Source of the DNA: a virus
Lineage: Duplodnaviria; Caudoviricetes
DNA: 64,000 bases
Virus record (IMG/VR): IMGVR_UViG_3300020577_007690
Span: 10,782-74,781 of that record
Reading direction: 5' to 3' (one strand)
Part shown: piece by piece, positions 17,101-26,647 of the stretch
Layout of the letters: each line of letters opens with the position of its first letter
How positions within the stretch are numbered: position 1 is the first letter of the stretch
Position numbers and translations under genes: made by a program
The notes under the pieces: model-generated
The model's input: only the letters and a program-made list of their open reading frames with translations
Told to the model about the DNA's origin: nothing
Database searches by the model: none

Positions 17101-18273
17101 CTAATCGATCGCCACGTTGAAGCTGTACTCGATCGGGTCTGGGAACCCAGTCTCAGACGTTGCGCCGGCAACCTGCCGCATCGCATAGAACTGGATAAGG
17201 ACCCCGTTTTGTCTTGTGCAGAGCAGCGTGACCGGATCAGTCACCGCAGGATCTTGAAGGATTGTGCGAACCGCCGGGTCGAGGATGCGTCCGATGCTGA
17301 TCTGCGCAACCTGCTCGACCAGGATGTCTGCGATGTTGAAGCCGCCGCGAACGATCTTGACCGTTGGGTGAGCCTTGGTGATGCCGCCACCGAGGATGTA
17401 TAGATCGACACGTCCGCTGTTGAGCGCCACGCCGTGCGCCGCCACCTTGATGCCGGGCGGCGCACTCAACGAGAGAAGCGTCGGCTTGACGTTGGCGGCA
17501 GTGCGCAGCGAGATGCGACCGGACACCACACCCTGACCGTGAGGGTAGATCAGCGCGCGTTCGTCTGTGATGAAGTCGCCGTCCACGGTGCCGGGCGGGT
17601 TGTCCACCGCGTTGCGCACGACGATCTCGGCGATCTTGATGTAGCCCGCGGAGGTCGGCGGCGGGACTTCTGTCCCGGTGATCGCCGCTGCACCGACCTT
17701 GTAGCCGATCGGCGTCGTCGACTCTGCGGGAGTGTTGACCTGCCCCGTCAGATCGTCCATGGCGAACGACAGCGTCTTGCGCACGAGCGCAGGGATGAAG
17801 TCGTCCTGCGGCTCCGAGAACATCGTTCGCGTGCTCGGATCGTCCAGGTAGCGCGTGTAGCGCACCTCGATGATATCGATCCGGGTGTTGCCTGCCGCAG
17901 GCGCAGGCGCGAGCGAGATCTGCTGGAACTTGGTGAGTACCAGGGGCTTGATGGCGCTCACATCGTCGAGTCCGCCGACGCTCTCGAAGTTGGTGACGAT
18001 TCCTTCCGACGTCTCGTCAACTTGGAACCCCAGGCCGGGTGTGATGCGTACCGTGCTGCTCGGCGGAGACGTCGGCAGGACACGGAAGCCGCCGCCGATG
18101 AAGCCATCGGCAGGGAGTCCAGGCGACGGGTCAGCGATGGACGCGCGCCTCCTCGTCAGATGGAACAGATAGTCGCGGATCGACTGATCGATCTGGGAAG
18201 ACGTGAGGTTGAAGTCGGCGACGGTCGGTCGCTCTCGCAGGTTGATGTAGCCACGGTCGAATGTCTTGCGCAT
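17101..18273 (-). CDS. Baseplate/tail-fibre attachment protein, paralog A
   Basis: Shares KPLVL, RIDIIEVxY, KTLS, IGYKVG and GYIKIAEIxVRN blocks with 18277-19473. Confidence 0.65.
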   Translation of the reverse strand: MRKTFDRGYINLRERPTVADFNLTSSQIDQSIRDYLFHLTRRRASIADPSPGLPADGFIGGGFRVLPTSPPSSTVRITPGLGFQVDETSEGIVTNFESVGGLDDVSAIKPLVLTKFQQISLAPAPAAGNTRIDIIEVRYTRYLDDPSTRTMFSEPQDDFIPALVRKTLSFAMDDLTGQVNTPAESTTPIGYKVGAAAITGTEVPPPTSAGYIKIAEIVVRNAVDNPPGTVDGDFITDERALIYPHGQGVVSGRISLRTAANVKPTLLSLSAPPGIKVAAHGVALNSGRVDLYILGGGITKAHPTVKIVRGGFNIADILVEQVAQISIGRILDPAVRTILQDPAVTDPVTLLCTRQNGVLIQFYAMRQVAGATSETGFPDPIEYSFNVAID

Positions 18274-18276
18274 GTA

Positions 18277-19473
18277 CTATCTCCCGATCGTCCCGCTCAG
18301 TCGATACGTGACGGTGGAACCGATGTCCGCTGGCGCCTCGCTCGGATTGCCTGCGCCACCTGCCCAGGCGAGCGCCGACAGCTCCAGTCTGAGGCATGGC
18401 TGACCTACCGCGACCTTGATACCTGCGGGGGAAGCGTTCGGACCTGCGATGGCTGTCTGATCTCCGCTCGTGATCGTCGTGGACGCGAGACGCTTTGTCA
18501 CGTCGAACATGCGAGGTGGGTCGATGATGCGCTTGAACAGCTCGATGTCCACGTCGTATGCCAGGTCGGCGTTGTTGTTCCCGGCGATGATGTAGACGGT
18601 GTGGCGAGCGCCGACAACATCGGTGGCGACCGACACTAGCTTGACCCCCGGCGGCGTGTTGATGTGCGTGACCGTCGGTGCGGCGAGCGCGCCAGTCGGA
18701 ACGGCGATCTTCGCCGAGAAGTTGAGCAGGCCGAACTCGCCGAGGAGGGGACGAACGTCCTTGATAAAGTCGTCGTCGATCGTGCCCGCCGGGTTGTCCA
18801 CCACGTTGCGGACGAGGATTTCAGCGATCTTGATGTAACCAGCGGTCGTGGCGGGGGCAGCGGGGACCGGCGCTGGGATGCCGACCTTGTAGCCGATGTT
18901 GGCCGTGCTCGGGTTCGGGTCGTTCACCTGCCCCGTCAGTGTGTCGAGCGCCCACGACAGGGTCTTGGGGACTTCGTTCGTCGGGTCGAAGCGCTCGGCA
19001 CCAGGGTTGAGGATGTCGCGCACCTGCGCATCCGTCGGATAGCGCGCGTACTTCACCTCGATGATGTCGATGCGACTGTTCGGGGCGGCGGGGACAGCGG
19101 CCAGGTTGATGACGATGTCGTCGAAGAGGACAAGCGGCTTATAACCCTCGACGTCGTTTGTCCCCAGCGTGTTGGGGATCGTCGTCGAGATGTCGGACGG
19201 ACGATCAGCGTCGTTGAGCTGGTAGCCGATGCCCTTGCGGAGCGTGACCCGGTTGCCGAGCGGGTCTGTGGCGCGCACCTTGAAGCTGTCGGACAGGAAG
19301 CCGCTCGGGGCGGTCGCGCGCCGGTCGTCTGCGTCGGAGAAGCGCGGCGTGTAGAGGAGCCGCGCGAGCACGCGACCAGTCTGGTCGGCGTAGGATTGGA
19401 GGCGGTTCAGATCCCTGGAGAGCAGCTTCTCCAGGTTGTTCTGCTGCATGCGGTCGAACGGCTTGTCACCCAT
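18277..19473 (-). CDS. Baseplate/tail-fibre attachment protein, paralog B
   Basis: Tandem paralog of 17101-18273; leaderless-type start. Confidence 0.65.
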   Translation of the reverse strand: MGDKPFDRMQQNNLEKLLSRDLNRLQSYADQTGRVLARLLYTPRFSDADDRRATAPSGFLSDSFKVRATDPLGNRVTLRKGIGYQLNDADRPSDISTTIPNTLGTNDVEGYKPLVLFDDIVINLAAVPAAPNSRIDIIEVKYARYPTDAQVRDILNPGAERFDPTNEVPKTLSWALDTLTGQVNDPNPSTANIGYKVGIPAPVPAAPATTAGYIKIAEILVRNVVDNPAGTIDDDFIKDVRPLLGEFGLLNFSAKIAVPTGALAAPTVTHINTPPGVKLVSVATDVVGARHTVYIIAGNNNADLAYDVDIELFKRIIDPPRMFDVTKRLASTTITSGDQTAIAGPNASPAGIKVAVGQPCLRLELSALAWAGGAGNPSEAPADIGSTVTYRLSGTIGR

Positions 19474-19491
19474 GCGACGATGCTATCACGT

Positions 19492-20736
19492 CTAGGTCGG
19501 TGGCTTGATCTCCGTCAGGCAGATCTCCAGGCTCCCGTCGTAGCCGCCCGACTTGATGCGCTGGATGAGATCGTTGAGCCCACCGTAAGCAGCCCTACGT
19601 TTCTGGTCCACTCCGTCACACGCCGCGGGGCCGCGCGCCCAGTTCTGCGGCAGATCACAAGCGTCGAAGCCGCGACGCCAGCCAGGGCGCCCCTTGGTCG
19701 AGAAGTCGGTGACGGTCAGGCCAGGATCGTCACAGACCATCGCCATGGAGCCGAAGCACTGAAGGTTGGGCACGAGGATGATGAAGCTACCTGCGCAATC
19801 GTCTTCCGACATCCAGCGGTTGCGGAAGGGGTACTCCGATCGCGGGTCGTCGAGCACGAAGACGTTGGGCTTGTAGTTGCCCTTCGTGATGGTTGGTCCG
19901 TCCCAGCACGTCTGATAGTCGAGGCCGTATGGCTCGATGTAGACGAACGGGACGTTGAGCTGCGACAGGTAGAAGTAGACCGAGCGCATGATCGCGAGCG
20001 GGCTCACCGTGTCGGGGAGCTGCCGCAGTCGCGCGCGGAACATCTCCTCCGACTCGCCATCGCGCATCGAAGTGCCGCGCTCAATGCCCAGCTCTTCGAG
20101 CATGGCGCCTGCGCCTCCGCTCGCGTCTACCAGGTTGGCGCAGGTGATGGTGTGGTCCCAGAAGACGGGGTCGGTGATCAGCTCGTCGACCGTGTCGATC
20201 TCACCAGGGATCGTCTCGCCTGCTGCGGTGACGCGCGGCCCCTGAACGTTGTACTCCCATCCTGTCGCCTCGGCGCGGCACATCGCTGTGTGCGGTCCGA
20301 CGTCGCCGATGCCGAACGCAAGGTCAGTCGTCAGAATGAACCGGCGACCACCCTTCGACGTCTTGACCTTCGTGCCTGCCTTCACGACGCCAGCGCCAGC
20401 GCCAGCGTTCGCACGAGAAAACGCTACCTCCGTGCAGGTAGCGAATGCGCCGCGCTTTGCCCACGAGATGAACGTGCTCTCCGCGTTGTTGACCTGCGCC
20501 TGGCTGGCGCGCTCACCCACTGCCGCCATCGCCTTGAACAGCTCGTAGCCTTCTCCGCTCTCTCGGATCGGCGTGATGTAGTTGTCAGGGAAGATGCGAT
20601 CGAAGAGCCGCAGGAAGAACGCCTGGTCGAGCACCTGAAATGGGCTCGGACCGATGTTCCCTGCGAGCAGGAAGACGAGCAGGTCGTCTGGATTCTCTGG
20701 CGGAGGAGGCGGGGAGTCGACATAGGTGGTCGGCAT
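19492..20736 (-). CDS. Baseplate wedge protein (J-like segment plus gpI-like region)
   Basis: VKAGTKVKTSKGGRRFILTTD...GWEYNV...IDTV baseplate-J-like segment; position. Confidence 0.65.
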   Translation of the reverse strand: MPTTYVDSPPPPPENPDDLLVFLLAGNIGPSPFQVLDQAFFLRLFDRIFPDNYITPIRESGEGYELFKAMAAVGERASQAQVNNAESTFISWAKRGAFATCTEVAFSRANAGAGAGVVKAGTKVKTSKGGRRFILTTDLAFGIGDVGPHTAMCRAEATGWEYNVQGPRVTAAGETIPGEIDTVDELITDPVFWDHTITCANLVDASGGAGAMLEELGIERGTSMRDGESEEMFRARLRQLPDTVSPLAIMRSVYFYLSQLNVPFVYIEPYGLDYQTCWDGPTITKGNYKPNVFVLDDPRSEYPFRNRWMSEDDCAGSFIILVPNLQCFGSMAMVCDDPGLTVTDFSTKGRPGWRRGFDACDLPQNWARGPAACDGVDQKRRAAYGGLNDLIQRIKSGGYDGSLEICLTEIKPPT

Positions 20737-20753
20737 GTCTTCATGCTACAACA

Positions 20754-20800
20754 CCTGAACGAACGTCAGGTGTTGGAATCCTGCGGGAGATGACTATGAT
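20754..20800 (+). promoter_or_regulatory. CTGAAC-box promoter 5 (drives the ncRNA candidate)
   Basis: Box CCTGAACGAACGTCAGG within palindrome 20749-20775; TTGGAA-N16-TATGAT; 24 nt. Confidence 0.8.
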
Positions 20801-20806
20801 GTTCTC

Positions 20807-21396
20807 TGTCCTCGGCACTCGTGAAGAGGTCTCGAAAAGCGGACGCTGGTTACGCCCTGGTCGACACAGAGCCGAAGCTGTGAACTTCGCAGCAGGCAAG
20901 GCTTAAAGCCGGATGGCCGCAGTACCCCACTGAAGACAAGCCCTGAACGGTGGGTCAGATGACCGTGGGCCACGGGGTCACTGTAGCGCGCGTCGTCGAA
21001 AGACGATCTTCTCCCAGTGACAGCCGAGGACACCCTTTATACCTTGAGCAGCGCGCCGAAGACGCGAGAGAAGTGATGCCTCTTGATGGACTGCGCCGAA
21101 AGGCGAGTGTGAGTCGCTGCTCCGGGGACCTTTGCTTGATGAGGTGATGTCTTCGCACGCCTGACAAGCGATAGGGGTGTCGTTAAGCCCTGTAGAAGTG
21201 ATCACCATCGCCTCATCGAGCTTTTTTCTTATGGCGCGCGTAACGCGAATGAACAGCTCCGGCCACAAGCTGGGTGTGCAGAGTGAAACCTGCCGCGCGC
21301 CACTTCTTGAGAACTTCTCGCAACCACCGACCCCTAAGTAGCCAGCCCGACTCGGCGTAAATCGAGGTAGGCGCACGGCGTTGCGGGAAGTTCTCT
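20807..21396 (+). ncRNA. Candidate large structured ncRNA (~590 nt)
   Basis: No credible ORF; 5' end pairs with 21023-21032; 16-bp stems 21134-21149/21206-21221 and 21309-21324/21380-21395 with U-G wobbles valid only on the plus strand; GAAA tetraloops at 20998 and 21098. Confidence 0.65.
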
Positions 21397-22599
21397 TTAT
21401 CCGAAGCTGTCGGCGTTGACGCTGAGCGTGAGCGGGCGATCAGGCTGCACGCTGTTCGCAGTCACGTTGGCGAGCGAGCTGCGGAACACCTGAAGCGGCT
21501 TGGCGACAACGTCTCCGATGGGGGAAGCGATCTCGTTGCCGGTGAAGCTCACACCGCGCACACGACGGAGCGCGTCTCGAAGCGTGGTCAGAGAGAGCGT
21601 CTGCCCGCGGCGGAGCAGGTTGATCTCGTTCACTATGGCGACGCGCGCTCTGTAGGCTGTGTCGTTGATGTCGGCGCCTGCGGTGAACGTCAGGTTCAAG
21701 TTGACGGGCATCACGATGACGCTCGCCAGCTCGACGAACACAGGTCCGCCACCCGATCGCGTGTCAGCAAGCGCGTCCTGCACGGTCTGCGCGAGCACAC
21801 GCGACTGCGACTCGTAGACGGGCGGTACGGTTGTCTGGTCGATCAGCAGCTCCGTGAACCTGTCGGTGATGCCGAGCAAGACCACCTTGTTCGGGAGCCC
21901 CAGGTTGTTCAGCACCTCCGTTGCCACGGCGGTCTTGACGCCAGGCACACGCAGAGCACGCGCTTCGATGGCAGCCAGCGTCCCGCGGCGGGCTGCATCG
22001 AAGAAGCGCTGTGCGCTCTGCCTGTAGTCGGGGTCTGAAGCCTCGTCGTCACCGACCGTCGCTGCACGAGGGTTGGTGACGCGCAGATCAGTTGGTGCGT
22101 TCGGGATCTGGGTGATCAGGTTGGTGATGGTGTTGGGGAGCGCGTACTGGTCGCGGCCTGCGAGCGCAGAGCGAACGCGGACGGTCAGCGGCCCGCGAGA
22201 ATTCTTGGGGAACGTCGCGTCGTGCGTGGTGAGCCACTGCACACCGGCCTCGTCCGAGATGATCGTGTCGTGTTCGATGGGGAACGCAGCCAGCGTGAGC
22301 GCGTCTGTCTCGAAATCGACGGAGCAGAGCGAGACGGCGGCGCGCTTCCTCGCCAGGGCGATGCTGTCGAGCAGCTTGTAGTCGAGCTTGTCGCCTCGCG
22401 CCGAGGCGTTGTAGTAGGCGCTCTGGAACGCGATCTGCTGCCCCATGAGCGCGTCTCCGACAGCCGCCATTCCTTGTAGGAGTGCCCAAGCGTCTGTGCC
22501 TGGCGTCTCAACAGCCAGCCGCGTCAGCTTCGGTTGATCTTCGAGGAGGGCTACCTTCGCGACGCGAAGGAAATCCGCTTTGGTTGGAAAGTCCGCCAT
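21397..22599 (-). CDS. Baseplate J-like protein
   Basis: ARGDKLD...LARKRAAVS...GDDEASDPDYRQ...RRGTLAAIEARALRVPGV. Confidence 0.85.
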   Translation of the reverse strand: MADFPTKADFLRVAKVALLEDQPKLTRLAVETPGTDAWALLQGMAAVGDALMGQQIAFQSAYYNASARGDKLDYKLLDSIALARKRAAVSLCSVDFETDALTLAAFPIEHDTIISDEAGVQWLTTHDATFPKNSRGPLTVRVRSALAGRDQYALPNTITNLITQIPNAPTDLRVTNPRAATVGDDEASDPDYRQSAQRFFDAARRGTLAAIEARALRVPGVKTAVATEVLNNLGLPNKVVLLGITDRFTELLIDQTTVPPVYESQSRVLAQTVQDALADTRSGGGPVFVELASVIVMPVNLNLTFTAGADINDTAYRARVAIVNEINLLRRGQTLSLTTLRDALRRVRGVSFTGNEIASPIGDVVAKPLQVFRSSLANVTANSVQPDRPLTLSVNADSFG

Positions 22600-22612
22600 G
22601 AGTGAATTCTAC

Positions 22613-22659
22613 ACTGAACGAACGTCAGGCGTTGGAATTGCGATGGGAGCACTTATGCT
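22613..22659 (+). promoter_or_regulatory. CTGAAC-box promoter 6
   Basis: Box ACTGAACGAACGTCAGG; TTGGAA-N16-TATGCT; 24 nt. Confidence 0.8.
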
Positions 22660-22693
22660 ACTGTGGAACAACCAACGTGTATCAGGAGAGAAC

Positions 22694-23362
22694 ATGAGGA
22701 CAGCAGCATTTGTAGGAATCCTTCTATTGGTAGTTGGGTGTGGCTATTACCCAACCAAACCGCCATCGCAGACGCCGCCTGTCGAGGAGCCGCCCCAGGA
22801 CATGGGGCTACCGTACACGTCCGCTCCGCCGCACGTCGGCGAGAGGAGCGTAGCGGGCGGCCTCACGAGCGGCACGCGCCTGAAGGTGCAGCGCATCGGT
22901 GGTCAGGATGGTAGCACGCAGGCGCTCAACCTCTTCTGGGACAGCGTGCTCTCCATGGAATGCACGTTCCTCTCTGCCGGAGAGCCTGACGGCGTGACGC
23001 GCTGCCTGCCGGTGGGCAGCAACGAGCAGATCGCAGTCCCCGACTTCTACACCGACGACCGCTGCGACGCGCCCGTCTTCGTCGTGCCGTCGTGTGACAA
23101 GCCAGTGCAGTACCTGACGGCGATCCGGCCCGTGTTCGGGCTCCCGAACCGTCCAGCGTACTGCCGCGGTGCGATCTCCGTGTGGCGCCTGCGCGAGGTG
23201 CTGCAAGTCGATCTGCCGCAGAGCTTCTACTACTGGGATGGCGTGGAGTGTCGCGCAGTGCGCTACAACGCTTCGCTGTACATGCGCTTCCTGGTGCCTG
23301 ACGGAGCGGCTGAGCCGCTGGAGAACTTCGTCAAGGGAACGAAGATCGTCATCGACAACTAA
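22694..23362 (+). CDS. Cargo (moron) lipoprotein, myxobacterial-type Cys-containing domain
   Basis: LLVVG-C lipobox; SGTRLK...WDS...ECTF...DGVTRCLP motif; antisense to baseplate genes; AGGAG SD. Confidence 0.75.
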   Translation: MRTAAFVGILLLVVGCGYYPTKPPSQTPPVEEPPQDMGLPYTSAPPHVGERSVAGGLTSGTRLKVQRIGGQDGSTQALNLFWDSVLSMECTFLSAGEPDGVTRCLPVGSNEQIAVPDFYTDDRCDAPVFVVPSCDKPVQYLTAIRPVFGLPNRPAYCRGAISVWRLREVLQVDLPQSFYYWDGVECRAVRYNASLYMRFLVPDGAAEPLENFVKGTKIVIDN

Positions 23363-24180
23363 ACGAGCACGCCTGGTAAGGCGTAGTCCGCGCTGACAGG
23401 CTCGTCGGTGAACGACGCCAGCACCCGCGCGCGGATGTACACGATTCCACTCTCATCGTCAGTCTCCAGCTCCACAGCAGCGCTGCGCACTTCTGGGTCG
23501 CGAAGGAACCCTTCTTCGATGCGGCGCTGTAGCGCTGTAATGTCCCCGATGGGTAGCGGCTCCTTTTCCTTGAAGCCAATGCCGAACGTATCATCGCCTG
23601 GCAACGTCCCTGGCGCCGTGATCAGCATGCGCTTGAGGCGTTTCTTAAGCGCCTCGATCTTCGCTTCCACTTCGTATAGACCGCGCCCGCCGATCTGAAT
23701 CGTCGGACCTTCTTCCAACGATCTGTTCCTGATGTCTACCACGCCCTGATACCGCGGAAGCGGATCGAGCGCGTTCGTGTTCTTCGTGCCGGCGAAGTCG
23801 ATTCGGTTGGGCGCTGCGATCCGAATACCAGAGCGTGTCCGCAACGTGGTCGATGACACACGGTGCCGTACTGCGACGACGCCGAGCCTGCGCAGCGTGA
23901 ACAGATCCCAGACCAGCGGGTGGTCGAAGCGGCGGACGCCGATGACGATGAGATCTTGCCCCGTATCCAGGCGGGTGACGCGCCACGTCAGCGGCGTGTA
24001 GACGTCGCCTTCCAGGTAGGGAGTCAGGTTCTGCGGCTCGCGCGTCAGACCGATGCGCAGCGACGTCTCGCTCGTGGCGTAGGCGAAGCTAAGGGCGAGA
24101 GGCGCCGCTGCACCGAAGAACGCTTCTGCGTCTCCGCCAAACTTGCCGAAACCGAATGCGCCCTTCTTTAGATCAGCCAT
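23359..24180 (-). CDS. Baseplate gp25/gpW-like protein with N-terminal Ig-like domain
   Basis: LKRMLITAPG...FGIG...RDPEVRSAAV C-terminal gp25-like pattern. Confidence 0.7.
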   Translation of the reverse strand: MADLKKGAFGFGKFGGDAEAFFGAAAPLALSFAYATSETSLRIGLTREPQNLTPYLEGDVYTPLTWRVTRLDTGQDLIVIGVRRFDHPLVWDLFTLRRLGVVAVRHRVSSTTLRTRSGIRIAAPNRIDFAGTKNTNALDPLPRYQGVVDIRNRSLEEGPTIQIGGRGLYEVEAKIEALKKRLKRMLITAPGTLPGDDTFGIGFKEKEPLPIGDITALQRRIEEGFLRDPEVRSAAVELETDDESGIVYIRARVLASFTDEPVSADYALPGVLV

Positions 24181-24182
24181 GA

Positions 24183-24776
24183 CTACGATCCTACCTCAAC
24201 ACGACTGGCCTTGATCTCTGGGACGTTCGGCGAAGATGCTGTGGGTGGGTTGGTCGTACCGGAGCATGCCGCCAGCGCAACAACGCCTGTGAAGGTGTGC
24301 GTATGCCCATCCTTCCAAGCCTTGTCTCCATCGAGATAGCTCTTCAGGGTTGTCGCTTTTGTAGCAGGCTCGTGATTGTCCTTGTCGCCGAGGATGATCT
24401 TGCCCGTGTCTTCGCACAAGATGTACGCCTTGCCTTGGCCCGCCACCTCAATCCAGACGCTCTTGTCTTTCTTGATGGTGAGCACAACATCTTCCTTCTG
24501 GTCGATTGCGCGCTGCGGTGGCTCGTGTGACGGGCTCCACGCCTTGGCAAAGGCGACACAGCCCTCCATCGGATCGCCGGATGGAGAGACGATCACGATC
24601 TCGTCGTCGGGCTCTGGCGGCATCCACAGACCATGCGCCTTGCCTGTGTACGGCGAGAACCACCGGCAGGTGAGGCCGTAAGGACCGGCAGGCATGACAT
24701 CCACTTCGACAAACACCCCACTCTTTGAGATGTTCACTTCGGTGACGATGGCAAGGCTACTCCACGGAAAGTCCAT
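24183..24776 (-). CDS. Baseplate central spike (gpV-like)
   Basis: OB-fold N-terminus (WMPPEPDDEIVI), C-terminal HTH His-x-His apex motif. Confidence 0.8.
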   Translation of the reverse strand: MDFPWSSLAIVTEVNISKSGVFVEVDVMPAGPYGLTCRWFSPYTGKAHGLWMPPEPDDEIVIVSPSGDPMEGCVAFAKAWSPSHEPPQRAIDQKEDVVLTIKKDKSVWIEVAGQGKAYILCEDTGKIILGDKDNHEPATKATTLKSYLDGDKAWKDGHTHTFTGVVALAACSGTTNPPTASSPNVPEIKASRVEVGS

Positions 24777-24777
24777 C

Positions 24778-26646
24778 TTATGACCCCAGCTTGTCGAAGA
24801 GTGGATCGCCGATGATGCTCTTGTCCACCGTCAGCTTTTCGAGCTTGCGCAGCGGTGGCTTCTTCTTCCCGGTGCCGCCACCATCGTCCGCCGTGCTGCC
24901 GTACGCAGCTTCGATGTAGTTGTGCGCCTTGCCGTTGATCTTCAGGTACGGATTGTCCCACGACAGCTCCACTTCGAACACGCGGTACGTGAGCTGCGTT
25001 TCGACAACGGAGTTGCGGGCGGTCGCCACGATGGCGCGTGCGAGGTTCATGTCACCATGGAAGCGGCGCGCGATCTCCATGACCGCATCGTCGAAGCTGA
25101 GGGACTCCAGGCGGTTCAGCTCGGAGACGACGTCCGCTTCGCCGCGCTTTCGCGTACCGATGCTGGTCGCGTCGATGGCGAACGACGCACCGTCGCCAGG
25201 GCGGAGGTAGACCATGTCGGGGTCGTCGTTGTGCTCGTAGTTCGCCAGGCCCAGGTAGCTCGCCAGCTCCTTCACCTTGAACTGCACCTCGACCTCGCGG
25301 TGCGCGCGGGACTCGAAGATGGCGCGGGCGACGTCTTCGAGCTGCGAGATTGTGGTCAGACCATAGACGGGGATGACCTCCTTCTCTGTCTCGCTGCCAC
25401 CGCCGCCAGGCGCGATGCTCGTGCCCTTGCCTCCCTTCCCCGCGCTTTTCTTCTTGGAGTCCTCCAGCTTCTTGGCGATGTCCTTCGGCCACTTGACGCT
25501 CAGCAGCTTCTGCTTGCCCGGTTTGTCGCTCGACGTGTCCAGGCACACCACCTCGATGATCTTCGGCTTGTGGTTCCCGTGGAAGTTCCGCTTGAACTCC
25601 ATCTCGTCGATGTTCTTGCCGTAGATCAGCTTGCGCTGAACGAAGGGGGCGCCCGCGCCGAAACCGATGCGTGGCTGGTTGTCCTTGAACGGCGATCGGA
25701 TGGCGGGGTTGAAGCCGTCCGCGATCTTGTCGATGTTGCGCATGTCGTACAGCGACGCGACCGGACGGATGAAGATGTCGCGACCGTGGAAGTACGGGAT
25801 GGCGCCGACGAGGTAGCAATACTGGACGATCAGATCCCAATATGTCAGCTTGCTGTTGGGCGCCGGAGGATGTGCCTTGGCGCTCTTACCTGCGGCACCC
25901 TGGTTGACACGCGTGACGTTTCCAGCAGCGCACGGATGAGGGATCTTGTCTGGGTTCGGCCAGTCGACAGCCTGCACCACGATCTCGACACCCTTGAACA
26001 GCGGCTGCGATGCCAGGATGTCGCGAACCACGTAGTGGATGGGCTGGTCCAGGTTCAGCCCCTTGATGAGATCTCTCTCTACGTGGTAGTCGAGCAGGAC
26101 ACCACGAAGGTCTCTACCCTCGATCGTGACCAGACCGTTCTCCTTGCCAAACTTGATGCTGTGCGAATCGAACAGGCCCCAGCACGCGAGCTTCTTCAAG
26201 TCCGGCATGCCGGCATCATCGTAGACGCGGAGCTGCGACTCTCTGATCTGCCCAGGCTTCCCGGCAGAGATGCCTTTGGCGAAGCTGTCTTTCGGCACCG
26301 TGCCGAAGAAGACACGGCACTGCCCAGCGCGAATCAAGAGGGGGTTGATCGGTAGCACATGCCACGGCACCGAGACGGAGAACGTCGCCGCCTTGCGATA
26401 GCCGTCGAGCTTGACGTTGGCCTTGGTCGGGACCATATTGAGCGCCCACGACAGTTCGTCGCTCGGCGGACCAACAAGCAGCGGCTCCGTCTCCTTCTTC
26501 GAGAATGGGAACGGGTCGTTCTGCGGTTGGTCCGCCAGCAGGTTCTCCACGGAGCCCTTGTTCGCGCGAGTGCCCTTGCTCACAGAGAATGTGTCGTCGA
26601 ATCGGATGCCGATGGAGACACTGCACGCTGGGTAGTAGATCGGCAT
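24778..26646 (-). CDS. Baseplate hub / late-control gpD-like protein
   Basis: TIEGRDLRGVLLD motif; size and position between spike and LysM gene. Confidence 0.7.
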   Translation of the reverse strand: MPIYYPACSVSIGIRFDDTFSVSKGTRANKGSVENLLADQPQNDPFPFSKKETEPLLVGPPSDELSWALNMVPTKANVKLDGYRKAATFSVSVPWHVLPINPLLIRAGQCRVFFGTVPKDSFAKGISAGKPGQIRESQLRVYDDAGMPDLKKLACWGLFDSHSIKFGKENGLVTIEGRDLRGVLLDYHVERDLIKGLNLDQPIHYVVRDILASQPLFKGVEIVVQAVDWPNPDKIPHPCAAGNVTRVNQGAAGKSAKAHPPAPNSKLTYWDLIVQYCYLVGAIPYFHGRDIFIRPVASLYDMRNIDKIADGFNPAIRSPFKDNQPRIGFGAGAPFVQRKLIYGKNIDEMEFKRNFHGNHKPKIIEVVCLDTSSDKPGKQKLLSVKWPKDIAKKLEDSKKKSAGKGGKGTSIAPGGGGSETEKEVIPVYGLTTISQLEDVARAIFESRAHREVEVQFKVKELASYLGLANYEHNDDPDMVYLRPGDGASFAIDATSIGTRKRGEADVVSELNRLESLSFDDAVMEIARRFHGDMNLARAIVATARNSVVETQLTYRVFEVELSWDNPYLKINGKAHNYIEAAYGSTADDGGGTGKKKPPLRKLEKLTVDKSIIGDPLFDKLGS

Positions 26647-26647
26647 C

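Noticed and set aside
20790-20906. Short ORF MTMMFSVLG... downstream of box promoter 5
   Set aside because: Its ATGs overlap or precede the predicted -10, it has no SD and atypical codons, and it lies in helical RNA; non-coding is the better explanation
20931-21001. CTGAAGA and GAAA suggesting a hammerhead ribozyme core
   Set aside because: The required stem II geometry linking CUGANGA directly to GAAA could not be built by eye
21380-21391. GTTGCGGGAAG resembles the group I intron P element
   Set aside because: It is at the 3' end of the region and is used in a local 16-bp stem; no Q, R or S elements were seen and no gene is interrupted
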